A stretch of DNA of 64,000 nucleotides from an uncultured Gammaproteobacteria bacterium (GCA_964500725.1 CAZCNP010000002.1:5347-69346), one strand, 5' to 3'. Counted from the first letter of the stretch, positions 8,454 to 18,307 are shown. A program made the numbers and translations. The notes: generated by a model not told the origin, from the letters alone.

Positions 8454-8954
8454 ATGAACAACAAAAAAATTATTATTGGTTTTGTCATATTTACTCTTTT
8501 AATTTTGGGTGGTGGGATTTATATACTGTCAACCACTACTTCTTCTCCTGTTGCAGTTACTGCTTCTCAAAAGGCTAAAGTACAGGTTGATCAAAAGTTT
8601 TTTGATTGGGGCAATATTCCGATAAATGGAGGTAATGCTATCAAAACTTTTTCCATTAAAAATTCTGGGACAGATATTTTAAAAATCACCGGAGTTAAAA
8701 CCTCTTGTACCTGCACCAAAGCGCAAATTATAATTGATGGTAAAACAAGCCCTTACTTTAGTATGCACGCAACATCTGGCTGGGTTGGCGAGGTAGCGCC
8801 AGGCAAGGAAGCACAGCTTAAAGTAATTTTTGATCCTGCTTTTCATGGTCCAACAGGAGTGGGACCAATGGAAAGGCTGATCTCTATGCAAACCAATGAT
8901 GCCCAAAATCCTAATTTAGAATTTTCCTTAAAAGGAGTAGTAGTAAAGGAATAA
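8454..8954 (+). CDS. DUF1573 domain protein, membrane-anchored
   Basis: N-terminal TM anchor, then a beta-rich domain with a CTC motif (TSCTCTKAQ) as in DUF1573 proteins. Confidence 0.55.
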   Translation: MNNKKIIIGFVIFTLLILGGGIYILSTTTSSPVAVTASQKAKVQVDQKFFDWGNIPINGGNAIKTFSIKNSGTDILKITGVKTSCTCTKAQIIIDGKTSPYFSMHATSGWVGEVAPGKEAQLKVIFDPAFHGPTGVGPMERLISMQTNDAQNPNLEFSLKGVVVKE

Positions 8955-8957
8955 GTT

Positions 8958-9893
8958 ATGAGCAAAAGAGTTATTAAGGCAATTTTAACTAAAGCTGTTC
9001 CCTTGTGGATGGTGCTTTTGATTGTTTTGAACTCTACTTTGGCAATGGGGATTGCCCAGTATTATTTAATGAGACAAGAGTTAAAAAGGAATCTGGCTGA
9101 GCTTGCTAAAACTACACAAAGTCCTGAGGAGCTAACACAAATACTAAAACAGCAAGTATTGCCTCAGGGTGGTTATAAAACATCTTTAAAATGGAAGGAT
9201 TTAGGTAAAAGGTTGGTAGAAATAGGAGCAATTGACAAGGCTAAATTTGAAGCAAGTTTGACTGATGATGCAGAAGGAAAAGACCATATGAAATATCTGG
9301 AAGGCAGCTCCGAGGATAATATCTCAATTAGTGAGACAAATTCCCATTTTGTAGTTAATTTCTTTTGGGCTTTAGGACTTGCCAACAAAAGCAAGGTTTT
9401 GGATGAGGGACCTATGAAAATAGGAGATACCCCAACAGCCAATTTTGCCTCAACTGGAGGTTGGACTTTAGGCGCAAAACCTGTAATGGAAATTTATTCT
9501 GCCTCAGAAATTATTCCCTTGACTGAGCAGCAGCAAGAGCTGGTAAAAAAGATTGCTGAAAATGTCTTCAGGCCTTGTTGCGGAAACAGCACAGCATTTC
9601 CTGATTGCAATCATGGTATGGCAGCTTTGGGTTATATTGAATGGGCTATTTATAATGGTTTACCAGAAAATCAAATTTATAAAGATTTACTTGCTTTCAA
9701 CTCATTTTGGTTCCCGCAAAATTATGTTGATATGGCGGTGTATTTTGATAAAGCTGGCACTAAATGGGCAAATGTTGATGCTAAAGCAGCTTTAGGTAGG
9801 GAAAATTCTTCTGCCCAAGGCGCAGCCCGCATTAGACAATCTGTCCAAAATGTCCCAGGAATACAAAGTCAAGGAGGGGGTTGTGGAGCTTAA
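8958..9893 (+). CDS. Hypothetical exported Cys-rich protein (N-terminal signal anchor; CCGNSTAFPDCNHG motif)
   Basis: A 311-aa ORF with one N-terminal TM and a conserved-looking cysteine cluster (RPCCGNSTAFPDCNHGMAALG). No family recognised. Confidence 0.5.
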   Translation: MSKRVIKAILTKAVPLWMVLLIVLNSTLAMGIAQYYLMRQELKRNLAELAKTTQSPEELTQILKQQVLPQGGYKTSLKWKDLGKRLVEIGAIDKAKFEASLTDDAEGKDHMKYLEGSSEDNISISETNSHFVVNFFWALGLANKSKVLDEGPMKIGDTPTANFASTGGWTLGAKPVMEIYSASEIIPLTEQQQELVKKIAENVFRPCCGNSTAFPDCNHGMAALGYIEWAIYNGLPENQIYKDLLAFNSFWFPQNYVDMAVYFDKAGTKWANVDAKAALGRENSSAQGAARIRQSVQNVPGIQSQGGGCGA

Positions 9894-9896
9894 ATT

Positions 9897-10733
9897 ATGG
9901 AACAGGTATTCTTTCAGACATCACTTATTGCTGCGTTTGTAGCAGGGATGGTAGCTTTATTTGCTCCCTGTTGTATTACTTTCTTGCTTCCGGCATATTT
10001 AGGCAGCGTTTTTAAGGAAAAAGAAAAAGTAATTTTAATGACCTTAGTTTTTGGAGCAGGAATTTTTGCAGTGCTGCTGCCGGCAGTTTTAGGGGTGGCT
10101 TTTGTTTCACGGCTTTTATTTAGGTATCACGATTTAATTTATATTGTTGGTGGAATTGTTATGTTAATAGTGGCAGTAACTACTTTTTTAGGCATAAAAC
10201 TGCCTATGCCTAATTTAGGAAAAGCAAATATAGGCGGAAGGACAGATGTTGGATCAATTTTTACCTTAGGTATCATCTCTGGTATTACCAGCGCTTGTTG
10301 CGCGCCAGTTTTAATTGGGATTATGACTTTGACCCTTCTTTCTCCCAGTTTTTTTGGGGCGCTTTTGATTGGGGGCATGTATGTGCTGGGAATGGTAATC
10401 CCGCTTCTTTTGATGGCTGTTTTTTTGTCTGGCAAAATGCCCCAACTATCAATTTTGCGAAAACCTATTTTAACTTTTGATTTGCTGGGTAAATCTTTTG
10501 TGGTGATTGTCAGTAATGCAATTGCAGCCTTGGTATTTTTAATTACAGGTTTGGCAGCCTTAGGACTTACTTTTACCGGGAAATTATCTGCAGAAAATAT
10601 GGATGTATTTACTAAAAGTATTACAGGAACCTTAAACAATGTAAACACAGTTTTAGGAAATAATATTTTATTAAATACCTTCTTTGTAGGGGTTTTGGTA
10701 GGTTTCATTTATTGGGTATCGAAAAAGGTATAA
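9897..10733 (+). CDS. DsbD/CcdA-superfamily polytopic membrane protein with two vicinal Cys pairs in TM helices (MerT-like CC motifs)
   Basis: About 8 TM helices. APCC in TM1 and TSACCAPV in a later TM. Resembles the cytochrome c biogenesis (DsbD_2) transmembrane region, but with CC pairs instead of single Cys. Confidence 0.55.
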   Translation: MEQVFFQTSLIAAFVAGMVALFAPCCITFLLPAYLGSVFKEKEKVILMTLVFGAGIFAVLLPAVLGVAFVSRLLFRYHDLIYIVGGIVMLIVAVTTFLGIKLPMPNLGKANIGGRTDVGSIFTLGIISGITSACCAPVLIGIMTLTLLSPSFFGALLIGGMYVLGMVIPLLLMAVFLSGKMPQLSILRKPILTFDLLGKSFVVIVSNAIAALVFLITGLAALGLTFTGKLSAENMDVFTKSITGTLNNVNTVLGNNILLNTFFVGVLVGFIYWVSKKV

Positions 10734-10758
10734 AATTAGCATAGGAGGTGAGGATATT

Positions 10759-10893
10759 ATGATGGGTTATTGGGGATATCAGGGAATGATGAGCTCGGGG
10801 TTTGGAGTTTTAATGGTAATTCTTTGGCTGGTAATCTTGATAGATTTGATTCTATTAGGTATTTGGCTTTGGAAACAAATAAACAGACGGTAG
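10759..10893 (+). CDS. Small hydrophobic protein (44 aa), absent from the ORF track
   Basis: Strong SD (TAGGAGGTGAGG) 6 nt before ATGATG. Translation is MMGYWGYQGMMSSGFGVLMVILWLVILIDLILLGIWLWKQINRR, ending at the TAG at 10891..10893. Confidence 0.5.
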   Translation: MMGYWGYQGMMSSGFGVLMVILWLVILIDLILLGIWLWKQINRR

Positions 10894-10909
10894 TAAGGAG
10901 GTGAGAAAA

Positions 10910-11173
10910 ATGTTAAATGCAAAAGCTTTTGCCAATGCTGCTACGGTTGTGATGGCAGTGTTTTATGTAGTTTGCGCGGTATTATCTTATTTGGCGCCTG
11001 ATTTGATTTATAGTATTAGCAGGTCATGGATGCATACTATAAATATTGAGTCAATCAAATCAACATTTACTCCAGATATGGGAATATTAGTTTGGGGGTT
11101 GGTAAGTTTATCAGCTCTGACATGGGCTACAACTTATATAACTATTGCTTTATATAACAAGTGGGCAAAGTAA
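10910..11173 (+). CDS. Small membrane protein (87 aa, two TM helices)
   Basis: SD (TAAGGAGGTGAG) then the ATG at 10910. The ORF track starts at the upstream GTG at 10901. Confidence 0.55.
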   Translation: MLNAKAFANAATVVMAVFYVVCAVLSYLAPDLIYSISRSWMHTINIESIKSTFTPDMGILVWGLVSLSALTWATTYITIALYNKWAK

Positions 11174-11202
11174 GATTGTTTTAAAAGGAGGTTATTAAGA
11201 TT

Positions 11203-11562
11203 ATGAGTGAAGATAAAATAATTGTGGTTGTTGTGGGATTTTTGGGGATAATTTTTACCTACTGGTTTTTCCTGATGAAAAAGGAAAAAGAAGTAGCAGT
11301 AAAAAACGAGGTAGATATTACTGTTTCCGGCGGATATTCCCCTGAGGTGATTTCAGTTCCTGTGGGAAAAACAACTAAGATCAATTTTTTAAGAACTGAT
11401 CCCACAGACTGTTTGTCTCAAGTAGTGCTGCCTGACTTTAGAATAAAAAGGGAGTTACCTTTAAACCAGAAAGTCAGTGTAGAAATAGCCCCTGAGAAAG
11501 CAGGAGAGTACGGGTACGCTTGTGGTATGAATATGTACCACGGAAAGATAATTGCCAAATGA
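11203..11562 (+). CDS. Cupredoxin-like (PF13473-type) membrane-anchored copper-binding protein
   Basis: N-terminal TM, then a cupredoxin fold with ITVSGG..P..I.VP.G and a C-terminal [12 protein letters not shown] copper-ligand motif. The stop overlaps the copA start (ATGA). Confidence 0.75.
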   Translation: MSEDKIIVVVVGFLGIIFTYWFFLMKKEKEVAVKNEVDITVSGGYSPEVISVPVGKTTKINFLRTDPTDCLSQVVLPDFRIKRELPLNQKVSVEIAPEKAGEYGYACGMNMYHGKIIAK

Positions 11563-13760
11563 CAGAAAGCAAAAAGACATTCGCTATTAAAGGTATGCAT
11601 TGTGCCTCTTGTGTGAGGGTGATTGAAAAATCACTTTCAAAAATTGCTGGGGTATCTTCTGCTACAGTTAATTTAGCCCTAGAAAAGGCTAGTGTTACTT
11701 ATGATCCAAATCTGGTAAGTGACCAACATCTTTCATCTGCTGTGGCCAATGTAGGTTATCAGGCTGTACTAGATCAAACTCTACAGGATGAAGACCAGCA
11801 AAAAGAGGAAAAGCAAAAAGAGCTAAAAAGCTTGCGCAGTAAAGTACTTTTAAGTTTAATACTGGGAGGCATAATCCTTTGGGGATCTTTTCCTGGTATT
11901 ATGCAGTTTTCTCCGCTTATTTTACAAAATAGTTTTGTCCAGATGCTTCTGGCTATTCCTGTTCAGTTTTGGGTAGGATTGGTATTTTATAAAGCTACTA
12001 TTCCTGCATTAAGACACAGGACTGCCAATATGGATACACTGGTGGCTTTAGGCACTACAGTTGCTTTTGCCTATTCTGCTTTTGTTACCATGTTCCCTCA
12101 AGTTGTCCAAAAAGTAGGCATTGAGCCAATGCCTTATTTTGATGTTTCCACAATTATTATTGGTTTGATTTTACTGGGAAGATATTTTGAGGCCAAAGCT
12201 AAGGCAGGCACATCTGAGGCAATAAAAAGATTAATAGGTTTGCAGGCCAAAACAGCCAGGGTAATAAAGAATGGTAAAGAGATAGATATTCCTATATCAC
12301 AAGTAGCTGCAGGAATGGTAATAAGAGTGAGGCCTGGTGAGAAAATTCCTGTAGATGGAATTATTGTTGAGGGTGAATCAAGTATTGATGAGTCTATGGT
12401 AACAGGTGAAAGTATTCCTGTTGAAAAAAGTAAGGGCGATACAGTGGTGGGAGCTACCATCAATAAAACAGGCACATTTACTTTTAAAGCAACTAAAGTG
12501 GGCAGCGATACTCTGCTTTCTCAAATTATCAAACTAGTAGAAGAAGCCCAAAGCTCCAAAGCGCCTATTCAAAGGCTGGCTGATTTAATTTCTTCCTACT
12601 TTGTGCCGATTGTGATAATGCTTGCCATACTGACTTTTGTAGTTTGGTATGTGTTAGGACCTAATCCAGCGTTCTTGTTTGCCATGCTTAATATGGTGGC
12701 AGTTTTAATTATCGCCTGTCCTTGCGCCATGGGGTTGGCTACCCCTACTGCTATTATGGTGGGAACAGGTTTAGGAGCTGAGCATGGGATTTTAATAAAA
12801 GATGCTGAAAGTTTAGAAATTGCCCATAAAATAAATACAATTGTGTTTGATAAAACAGGAACACTAACTAAAGGAAAGCCTGAGGTAACTGATGCTGTTG
12901 GTGATGTATTGCAGCTGGCGGCCTCATTGGAAAAAGGATCTGAGCATTCTTTGGCTGAGGCAATTGTTAAAAAGGGTGAGACAGAGAAGGTATCTTTTCA
13001 AAAGGTGGAAAAGTTTAAAGCTATTCCTGGACATGGAGTAGAGGGAGTTATAGATGGCAAAAAAGTAGTTTTGGGAAATAGGAAACTTATGGTAAGAGAA
13101 AAAATTGAGATTTCCCAAAAAGATCTGGAGAAATTAGAAAATGAAGGGAAAACTGTAATGATGTTGGGCGTTGGAGGGAAGCTAATTGGTTTGATAGCTG
13201 TTGCTGATACTATCAAAGAATCTGCCAAAGATGCTGTTAAAGAACTGCAGGATATGGGGATTGAGACGATTATGATTACTGGTGATAATCAAATAACTGC
13301 TCAAGCTATCGCCAGACAAGTTGGTATCAAAAAGGTGCTGGCAGAGGTATTACCAGATGAGAAGGAAAAAGAGGTAAAAAAGTTGCAAGACATGGGTAAA
13401 AAAGTAGCCTTTGCTGGTGATGGGATCAATGATGCCCCAGCTTTGGCTCAGGCAGATGTAGGTATTGCTATGGGAACTGGTACTGATGTTGCAATAGAGG
13501 CAGGAGATATAACTTTGATAAATAATGATTTGCGCTCAGTTTCCTCAGCTATAAATTTATCTAAAAAAACCATGAGAACAATAAGACTTAACCTTTTCTG
13601 GGCTTTTGGGTATAATATCATTTTGATACCTGTAGCTATGGGAATTTTATATCCTTTTTTCCAGATTCTTTTAAGCCCGATCTTTGCCTCAGCAGCAATG
13701 GCTTTGAGTTCAATCTCAGTAGTTGGCAATTCATTACTTCTAAAAAGGGTAAGAATTTAA
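11559..13760 (+). CDS. copA: Copper-translocating P1B-type ATPase
   Basis: N-terminal HMA domain (GMHCASC), TM CPC motif ([11 protein letters not shown]), DKTGTLT phosphorylation site, and [10 protein letters not shown]. The start was chosen at the ATG at 11559 (MTESKKTF...) inside the longer ORF. Confidence 0.92.
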   Translation: MTESKKTFAIKGMHCASCVRVIEKSLSKIAGVSSATVNLALEKASVTYDPNLVSDQHLSSAVANVGYQAVLDQTLQDEDQQKEEKQKELKSLRSKVLLSLILGGIILWGSFPGIMQFSPLILQNSFVQMLLAIPVQFWVGLVFYKATIPALRHRTANMDTLVALGTTVAFAYSAFVTMFPQVVQKVGIEPMPYFDVSTIIIGLILLGRYFEAKAKAGTSEAIKRLIGLQAKTARVIKNGKEIDIPISQVAAGMVIRVRPGEKIPVDGIIVEGESSIDESMVTGESIPVEKSKGDTVVGATINKTGTFTFKATKVGSDTLLSQIIKLVEEAQSSKAPIQRLADLISSYFVPIVIMLAILTFVVWYVLGPNPAFLFAMLNMVAVLIIACPCAMGLATPTAIMVGTGLGAEHGILIKDAESLEIAHKINTIVFDKTGTLTKGKPEVTDAVGDVLQLAASLEKGSEHSLAEAIVKKGETEKVSFQKVEKFKAIPGHGVEGVIDGKKVVLGNRKLMVREKIEISQKDLEKLENEGKTVMMLGVGGKLIGLIAVADTIKESAKDAVKELQDMGIETIMITGDNQITAQAIARQVGIKKVLAEVLPDEKEKEVKKLQDMGKKVAFAGDGINDAPALAQADVGIAMGTGTDVAIEAGDITLINNDLRSVSSAINLSKKTMRTIRLNLFWAFGYNIILIPVAMGILYPFFQILLSPIFASAAMALSSISVVGNSLLLKRVRI

Positions 13761-13775
13761 CACAATATAAACCTT

Positions 13776-14807
13776 ATGGATCTTTGGGTAGTGTTTTTAA
13801 CTGGTTTAACAGTGGGAGGAGTAACTTGCATGGCAGTGCAAGGTGGTTTATTGGCTTCTACCTTGGCTGCCCGTGAGGAAGAGGATGTTAGAGCAGGTTT
13901 GCACCACAAGCATAATATGTGGCCAACTTTAGCATTTTTAACAACCAAATTTATTGCCTATACAACATTGGGTTTTATTTTAGGGAGTTTTGGATCAGCC
14001 TTGGCTTTATCAGATAGCGCCAGAGTAGTGATGCAAATTGCAGCCAGTATTTATATGATTGTAGTGGCGTTGAATTTATTAAACGTTCACCCTATTTTTA
14101 GATATGCCATAATACAACCTCCTAAATTTCTAACAAGACTTGTCAGAAATCAATCCAAAAGCAAAGATATTTTTGCCCCAGCTTTTTTGGGAGCTTTGAC
14201 TATTTTTATTCCTTGCGGAACAACTTTGGCAATGGAGGCTTTGGCTATCTCCTCAGGCAGTCCATTTTTAGGAGCAGCTATCTTAGGAGTATTTGTGTTA
14301 GGGACCTCTCCACTCTTTTTTGGGTTAGGATTTGTAACAACCTTTTTAGGGGATACTTTTAGAACCAAGTTTTTAAAAATAGCTGCAGTAGGGGTATTGT
14401 ATTTAGGAGCTACCTCTTTAAATGCAGCTTTGGTAGTTGCAGGGTCGCCTATTAATTTACAAACCATTGCTGATAATAGCCCAATTCAAATAGATTTCTC
14501 TGGGGGATCAGACAAGCAGCAATCTGGAGGGACAATTATTGATGGAGAGCAACAAATAAATATCCAAGCTTTTTCAAATGGGTATAACCCTACCTATGTT
14601 GCTTTAAAAGCAGGGGTGCCAACAAAATTAAATTTAATAGCAGGCAGCAGATTGGGCTGTGCTTCCCAGTTTAAAATTCCTACCTTAGGTATCAGTAGGG
14701 ATTTAGTTCCAAATACTACAACAACAATTGAATTTACCCCTCCAAAAGGAAAAATAATTGGCACATGCGCTATGGGAATGTTTTATGTGGTAATGGAGGC
14801 AAGTTAA
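13776..14807 (+). CDS. DsbD_2-like (SO_0444-type putative Cu/Zn efflux) membrane domain fused to a C-terminal cupredoxin-like domain
   Basis: The TM region has GGVTCMAVQGG and IFIPCGTTLAMEAL Cys motifs. The C-terminal soluble domain ends in GTCAMGMFYVVME, paralleling the upstream cupredoxin. Confidence 0.6.
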   Translation: MDLWVVFLTGLTVGGVTCMAVQGGLLASTLAAREEEDVRAGLHHKHNMWPTLAFLTTKFIAYTTLGFILGSFGSALALSDSARVVMQIAASIYMIVVALNLLNVHPIFRYAIIQPPKFLTRLVRNQSKSKDIFAPAFLGALTIFIPCGTTLAMEALAISSGSPFLGAAILGVFVLGTSPLFFGLGFVTTFLGDTFRTKFLKIAAVGVLYLGATSLNAALVVAGSPINLQTIADNSPIQIDFSGGSDKQQSGGTIIDGEQQINIQAFSNGYNPTYVALKAGVPTKLNLIAGSRLGCASQFKIPTLGISRDLVPNTTTTIEFTPPKGKIIGTCAMGMFYVVMEAS

Positions 14808-14827
14808 TGTAAAATGTACAATTTACA

Positions 14828-15058
14828 ATGTACAAAGATATGAAACAGACAAAGCGCAAATTTAAGATAACGGGGATGCACTGCAGTTCTTGTGCAATGA
14901 GTATTGATATGGATCTAGAGGATCTAGAAGGGATTAAATGTTCTAATACCTCTTACGCCAAAGAGGAAACAGAAGTAGAATTTGATTCTGATAAAGTATC
15001 AGATACTTTGGTAATAGAAACCATTAAAAAAACAGGCTACAGTGCTATACTAAAATAA
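14828..15058 (+). CDS. copZ: Copper chaperone, HMA domain
   Basis: ITGMHCSSCAMSI metal-binding loop, about 70 aa. The alternative start is the ATG at 14840. Confidence 0.85.
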   Translation: MYKDMKQTKRKFKITGMHCSSCAMSIDMDLEDLEGIKCSNTSYAKEETEVEFDSDKVSDTLVIETIKKTGYSAILK

Positions 15059-16158
15059 TGGCCTTTGATTTAATTTCCATTGGTGATGCCAGGATTGATA
15101 ATTGTGTACATCTGCCACAGGCTCATTTGGCTTGTACTATCAATAAAGAAAAGTGTGAGCTCTGTTTAAACTTTGGGGATAAAATTCCTATAGATGATGT
15201 AAAAAGTATGCCTGCAGGGAATAACAATAATAATGCTATTGGCTCTGCCAGATTAAAACTAAAAACAGCTCTTTTTGTAAATATTGGGGCAGATACTAAT
15301 GGTAAGGTTATCTTGGAAAACTTAAAAAAAGAAGGGGTGGATACAAGGTATGTGGCTGTTAATAAAGATGTAGCTACAGAACAATCAGTAGTTATCAACT
15401 ACCAGGGAGAAAGAACAATTTTAGTTTATCATTATCCTTGGAATTATAGTCTGCCAGATTTAGATAGGACAAGATGGGTTTATTTTAGTTCTGTATCCTA
15501 TTCTTTTTCTAAAACTTCTTTAGTTTCTCAGATTGAACAATACATAGAAAGGACGGGGGCTAATTTGGTTTTTGCCCCAGGAACACATCAATTAAATTAT
15601 GGAATTAAAAAATACCCCAGATTACTGTCTCTAACCAGGATTTTAATAGTAAACAAAGAAGAAGCCAAAAAAATATTAGGGATAGATGAAGGCAGAAAAG
15701 TTGAGATTAAAAAATTACTGAAAGATTTATTAGCTTTAGGCCCAAAGGTAGTAGTAATTACTGATGGGGGGGAAGGCTCATATAGTTTTGATGGGGAGAG
15801 CTTTTACCAACTGGGGGTTTTCCCTGCTAATCTTGTAGAGATGACAGGGGCAGGAGATGCTTATGCTACAGGATTACTGGCTGGCTTTTTTTATGGAAAG
15901 AGTTTACCTGAGGCTATGAGATGGGGGGCAGCCAATGGGGCAGCAGTGGTAGAAAAAGTAGGTCCTCAAGCAGGATTATTAACTTATGAAAAAATGCAGG
16001 AAAAATTAAAAGAAAACCCAAAAATTCAATTAACGATTACTCTTGTGCCTGGATTGTCTGAGGTGGCATGGGCCACATTTTCTCCTGGGGCAACTACTGG
16101 ACCAGCCCATTCAAACAGTTTTGTAACTGAAGCCAAGGGTGAGTTAACACATCCATGA
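15058..16158 (+). CDS. PfkB-family carbohydrate/nucleoside kinase with a Cys-rich N-terminal insertion
   Basis: GAGDAYATGLLAGF anion-hole motif and NGAAVVEKVG. The N-terminus has C-x9-C-x6-C-x2-C (DNCVHLPQAHLACTINKEKCELC). The start overlaps the copZ stop (TAATG). The 3' end is probably shorter than the ORF (see finding). Confidence 0.75.
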   Translation: MAFDLISIGDARIDNCVHLPQAHLACTINKEKCELCLNFGDKIPIDDVKSMPAGNNNNNAIGSARLKLKTALFVNIGADTNGKVILENLKKEGVDTRYVAVNKDVATEQSVVINYQGERTILVYHYPWNYSLPDLDRTRWVYFSSVSYSFSKTSLVSQIEQYIERTGANLVFAPGTHQLNYGIKKYPRLLSLTRILIVNKEEAKKILGIDEGRKVEIKKLLKDLLALGPKVVVITDGGEGSYSFDGESFYQLGVFPANLVEMTGAGDAYATGLLAGFFYGKSLPEAMRWGAANGAAVVEKVGPQAGLLTYEKMQEKLKENPKIQLTITLVPGLSEVAWATFSPGATTGPAHSNSFVTEAKGELTHP

Positions 16159-16784
16159 CTCATTGGGTGGCCAAAGTTATTATGCCAATAAGCTCCATGG
16201 ATAGCATAGCCTTTATGAAAAAACATATTGCTTGGCACATTAGGTAAATAATAATAAGTTCCCATTTCTTTTGAACCACCAGACATAGTTTGATTTCTGG
16301 TTTTGTGCCAGATGGCAAAAGTGCCTGTAGGGGTTGGGGACCAAAGACCTGATGAGATAGGAAATTCTTGTACTAATCTGGTTCCCTCCCAGGCTCTTAA
16401 TCGTTGTTCTTTCAAAGAGACCTCAATCCATTTTTCCTGCCCTGCTGTATTGGTAGTTCCCAAAACTGCTTTGTCATCACTCGCGCTTTGGGCTAATTGT
16501 TGGGCATAACTGTAGGCTAGAGAGGTTTTAGGATAGTCTATTACCTGGCTGTTAAAGATAGCTGTAGAGGCTTCTTCATCAAACTTACCATCTTGTTTTA
16601 AAATTTCTTTCTCGTTGCAGCAAGAGGTAGTAGTGTCTCCAGAAATATGAAGTTTGTAAGCTATGGTTTGTTTAACTGACTGAAAATTAAAAACAACATA
16701 AAAAGCAGCAATTATAAGAAGCAGGACTGGCAGTAGGCGGTGCAGCACAATTAAATTGTGAGCCAAACTTAATATAGACGTCAA
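16026..16784 (-). CDS. L,D-transpeptidase (YkuD domain)
   Basis: The catalytic GHPMSHGCVN motif is near the C-terminus, with an N-terminal signal anchor. Convergent with the pfkB ORF and overlaps it. Confidence 0.8.
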   Translation of the reverse strand: MTSILSLAHNLIVLHRLLPVLLLIIAAFYVVFNFQSVKQTIAYKLHISGDTTTSCCNEKEILKQDGKFDEEASTAIFNSQVIDYPKTSLAYSYAQQLAQSASDDKAVLGTTNTAGQEKWIEVSLKEQRLRAWEGTRLVQEFPISSGLWSPTPTGTFAIWHKTRNQTMSGGSKEMGTYYYLPNVPSNMFFHKGYAIHGAYWHNNFGHPMSHGCVNSPLASVTKLFEWAGPVVAPGENVAHATSDNPGTRVIVN

Positions 16785-16814
16785 GAGGCAGTTTTAGGTA
16801 ATATAAAAAATTAC

Positions 16815-17744
16815 ATGAAAAAGCTTTTACCTTTTGTGCCTTTGTTTCTTTTGGCTCTTTCTTTTTTAATTTATCCAAATACAAAAGAGCAACCCAGAGA
16901 GTTAATTTCCCCTAAGGTTAGACAGGAAAATATATTAGGAATAAACCAATGGCTACCAGGAGCAGGAGATCCAGTAGGTGGGCCAGCAGAGATTCAAACA
17001 GGTGCTCCAGTAGTTACTGCCAATGCAGCTTTGTTTTTAGACAGTAAAAATGGAGAGATGTTTTATTCAAAAAATATCCACCAACAGTTACCAATTGCCT
17101 CTTTGGTTAAGGTCATGACAATTTTGATAGCTTTAGAACATAAAAGCATGATAGATGAATTTGTAGTAAGCCAAAGGGCTGCTTTAATGGAGCCAGATAA
17201 GATGTTGCTGATTGCTGGGGAAAAACTAACTTTAAAAGAATTACTATCTGGGATATTTTTAATTTCAGCCAATGATGCAGCAGAGGTTTTAGCAGAACAA
17301 ACAATAGGAAGCAGGGAAGAATTTATCAAGCTGATGAATGAAAAGGCAAAGCAATTAGGGATGAAAAATAGTTATTTTGCAAATCCTACTGGTTTGGATG
17401 AGGATTCAGGCAACTCTTACTCAACAGTATATGATTTGGCAATCTTAACCAGGTATTTGATTAAGCGTTACCCTGAGGTGGTGGATATTTCCAAGACAGA
17501 ACATATATATCTCCCAATTACAGAAAACCATCAGGATTATGATATGTACTCAGGAATAAATTTACTAACAACCTATCCAGGGGTAGTCGGGTTTAAAACT
17601 GGCTTTACCCCAGAGGCAGGTTATACCCTAATTACTTTAGCCAGAAAAGATAATCATGAGGTAATAGGAGTACTCTTAGGTTCAGCCTACAGAAGGGATG
17701 AGGCAAGAGAGTTACTAGATTATTCTTTTGATAAGTTAAAGTAA
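16815..17744 (+). CDS. D-alanyl-D-alanine carboxypeptidase (S11, PBP5/DacA-like)
   Basis: Signal peptide, SLVKVMT (SxxK), ISANDAA (SxN) and KTGFT (KTG) active-site motifs. Confidence 0.85.
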   Translation: MKKLLPFVPLFLLALSFLIYPNTKEQPRELISPKVRQENILGINQWLPGAGDPVGGPAEIQTGAPVVTANAALFLDSKNGEMFYSKNIHQQLPIASLVKVMTILIALEHKSMIDEFVVSQRAALMEPDKMLLIAGEKLTLKELLSGIFLISANDAAEVLAEQTIGSREEFIKLMNEKAKQLGMKNSYFANPTGLDEDSGNSYSTVYDLAILTRYLIKRYPEVVDISKTEHIYLPITENHQDYDMYSGINLLTTYPGVVGFKTGFTPEAGYTLITLARKDNHEVIGVLLGSAYRRDEARELLDYSFDKLK

Positions 17745-17748
17745 AAAT

Positions 17749-18237
17749 TTAAACAGGGGTTGAAACTGGATTTGGAGTGGTGTTTACTACTTGAAAACCA
17801 GTATATACTGGTAATTCAGCATCTATTACCTCTCGATATTGCCATGACCAATTAATCTCAGATAAATCTTTTCTAGATAAGGTGACTGTAACTGGGTTTT
17901 CCTGAGGTAATTGTGGTTTCCAAGCAGCATAATAGTCACAAGCGTCCCAGCCCTCTTCACATAACACCATTCTGACAGCATCCTCTCTTGGTAATCCAAC
18001 CATAAATCCATTATTTGTAATAGCAACTGTTGGAAAACTACCCTTGGGTAATGATTGTATTTCAAGTACAGCTGATCTTAGACGCACTAGCGTGTCTTTT
18101 TGACCGACTTTAATTCCTAATCTAAATTCAGGATGGAAAGCATCTTCTGGTTTGCTACCTTCCTCACCTCCATATGCCCCAGCACTAATAAAAAAGTATT
18201 CTACAGGATATTCTCCAGGACTGACTGCTTCAATCAT
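17749..18237 (-). CDS. Hypothetical protein (162 aa), compositionally atypical (GC-rich)
   Basis: An ORF with no recognisable motifs. Local GC is well above the window average, and the protein is poor in Lys/Ile/Asn compared with its neighbours. Confidence 0.5.
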   Translation of the reverse strand: MIEAVSPGEYPVEYFFISAGAYGGEEGSKPEDAFHPEFRLGIKVGQKDTLVRLRSAVLEIQSLPKGSFPTVAITNNGFMVGLPREDAVRMVLCEEGWDACDYYAAWKPQLPQENPVTVTLSRKDLSEINWSWQYREVIDAELPVYTGFQVVNTTPNPVSTPV

Positions 18238-18307
18238 AGCTGAATTTAACCACAGGTTAGAGTAGGTGTCAAGATTAGACCAAGAGGGTTATTTATTCGA
18301 ATAGTTA

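Noticed and set aside
10139-10708. 189-aa minus-strand ORF
   Set aside because: It lies entirely antisense within the DsbD/CcdA-like permease gene. Its Lys/Pro/Ile-rich translation is typical of antisense reading of an AT-rich membrane gene.
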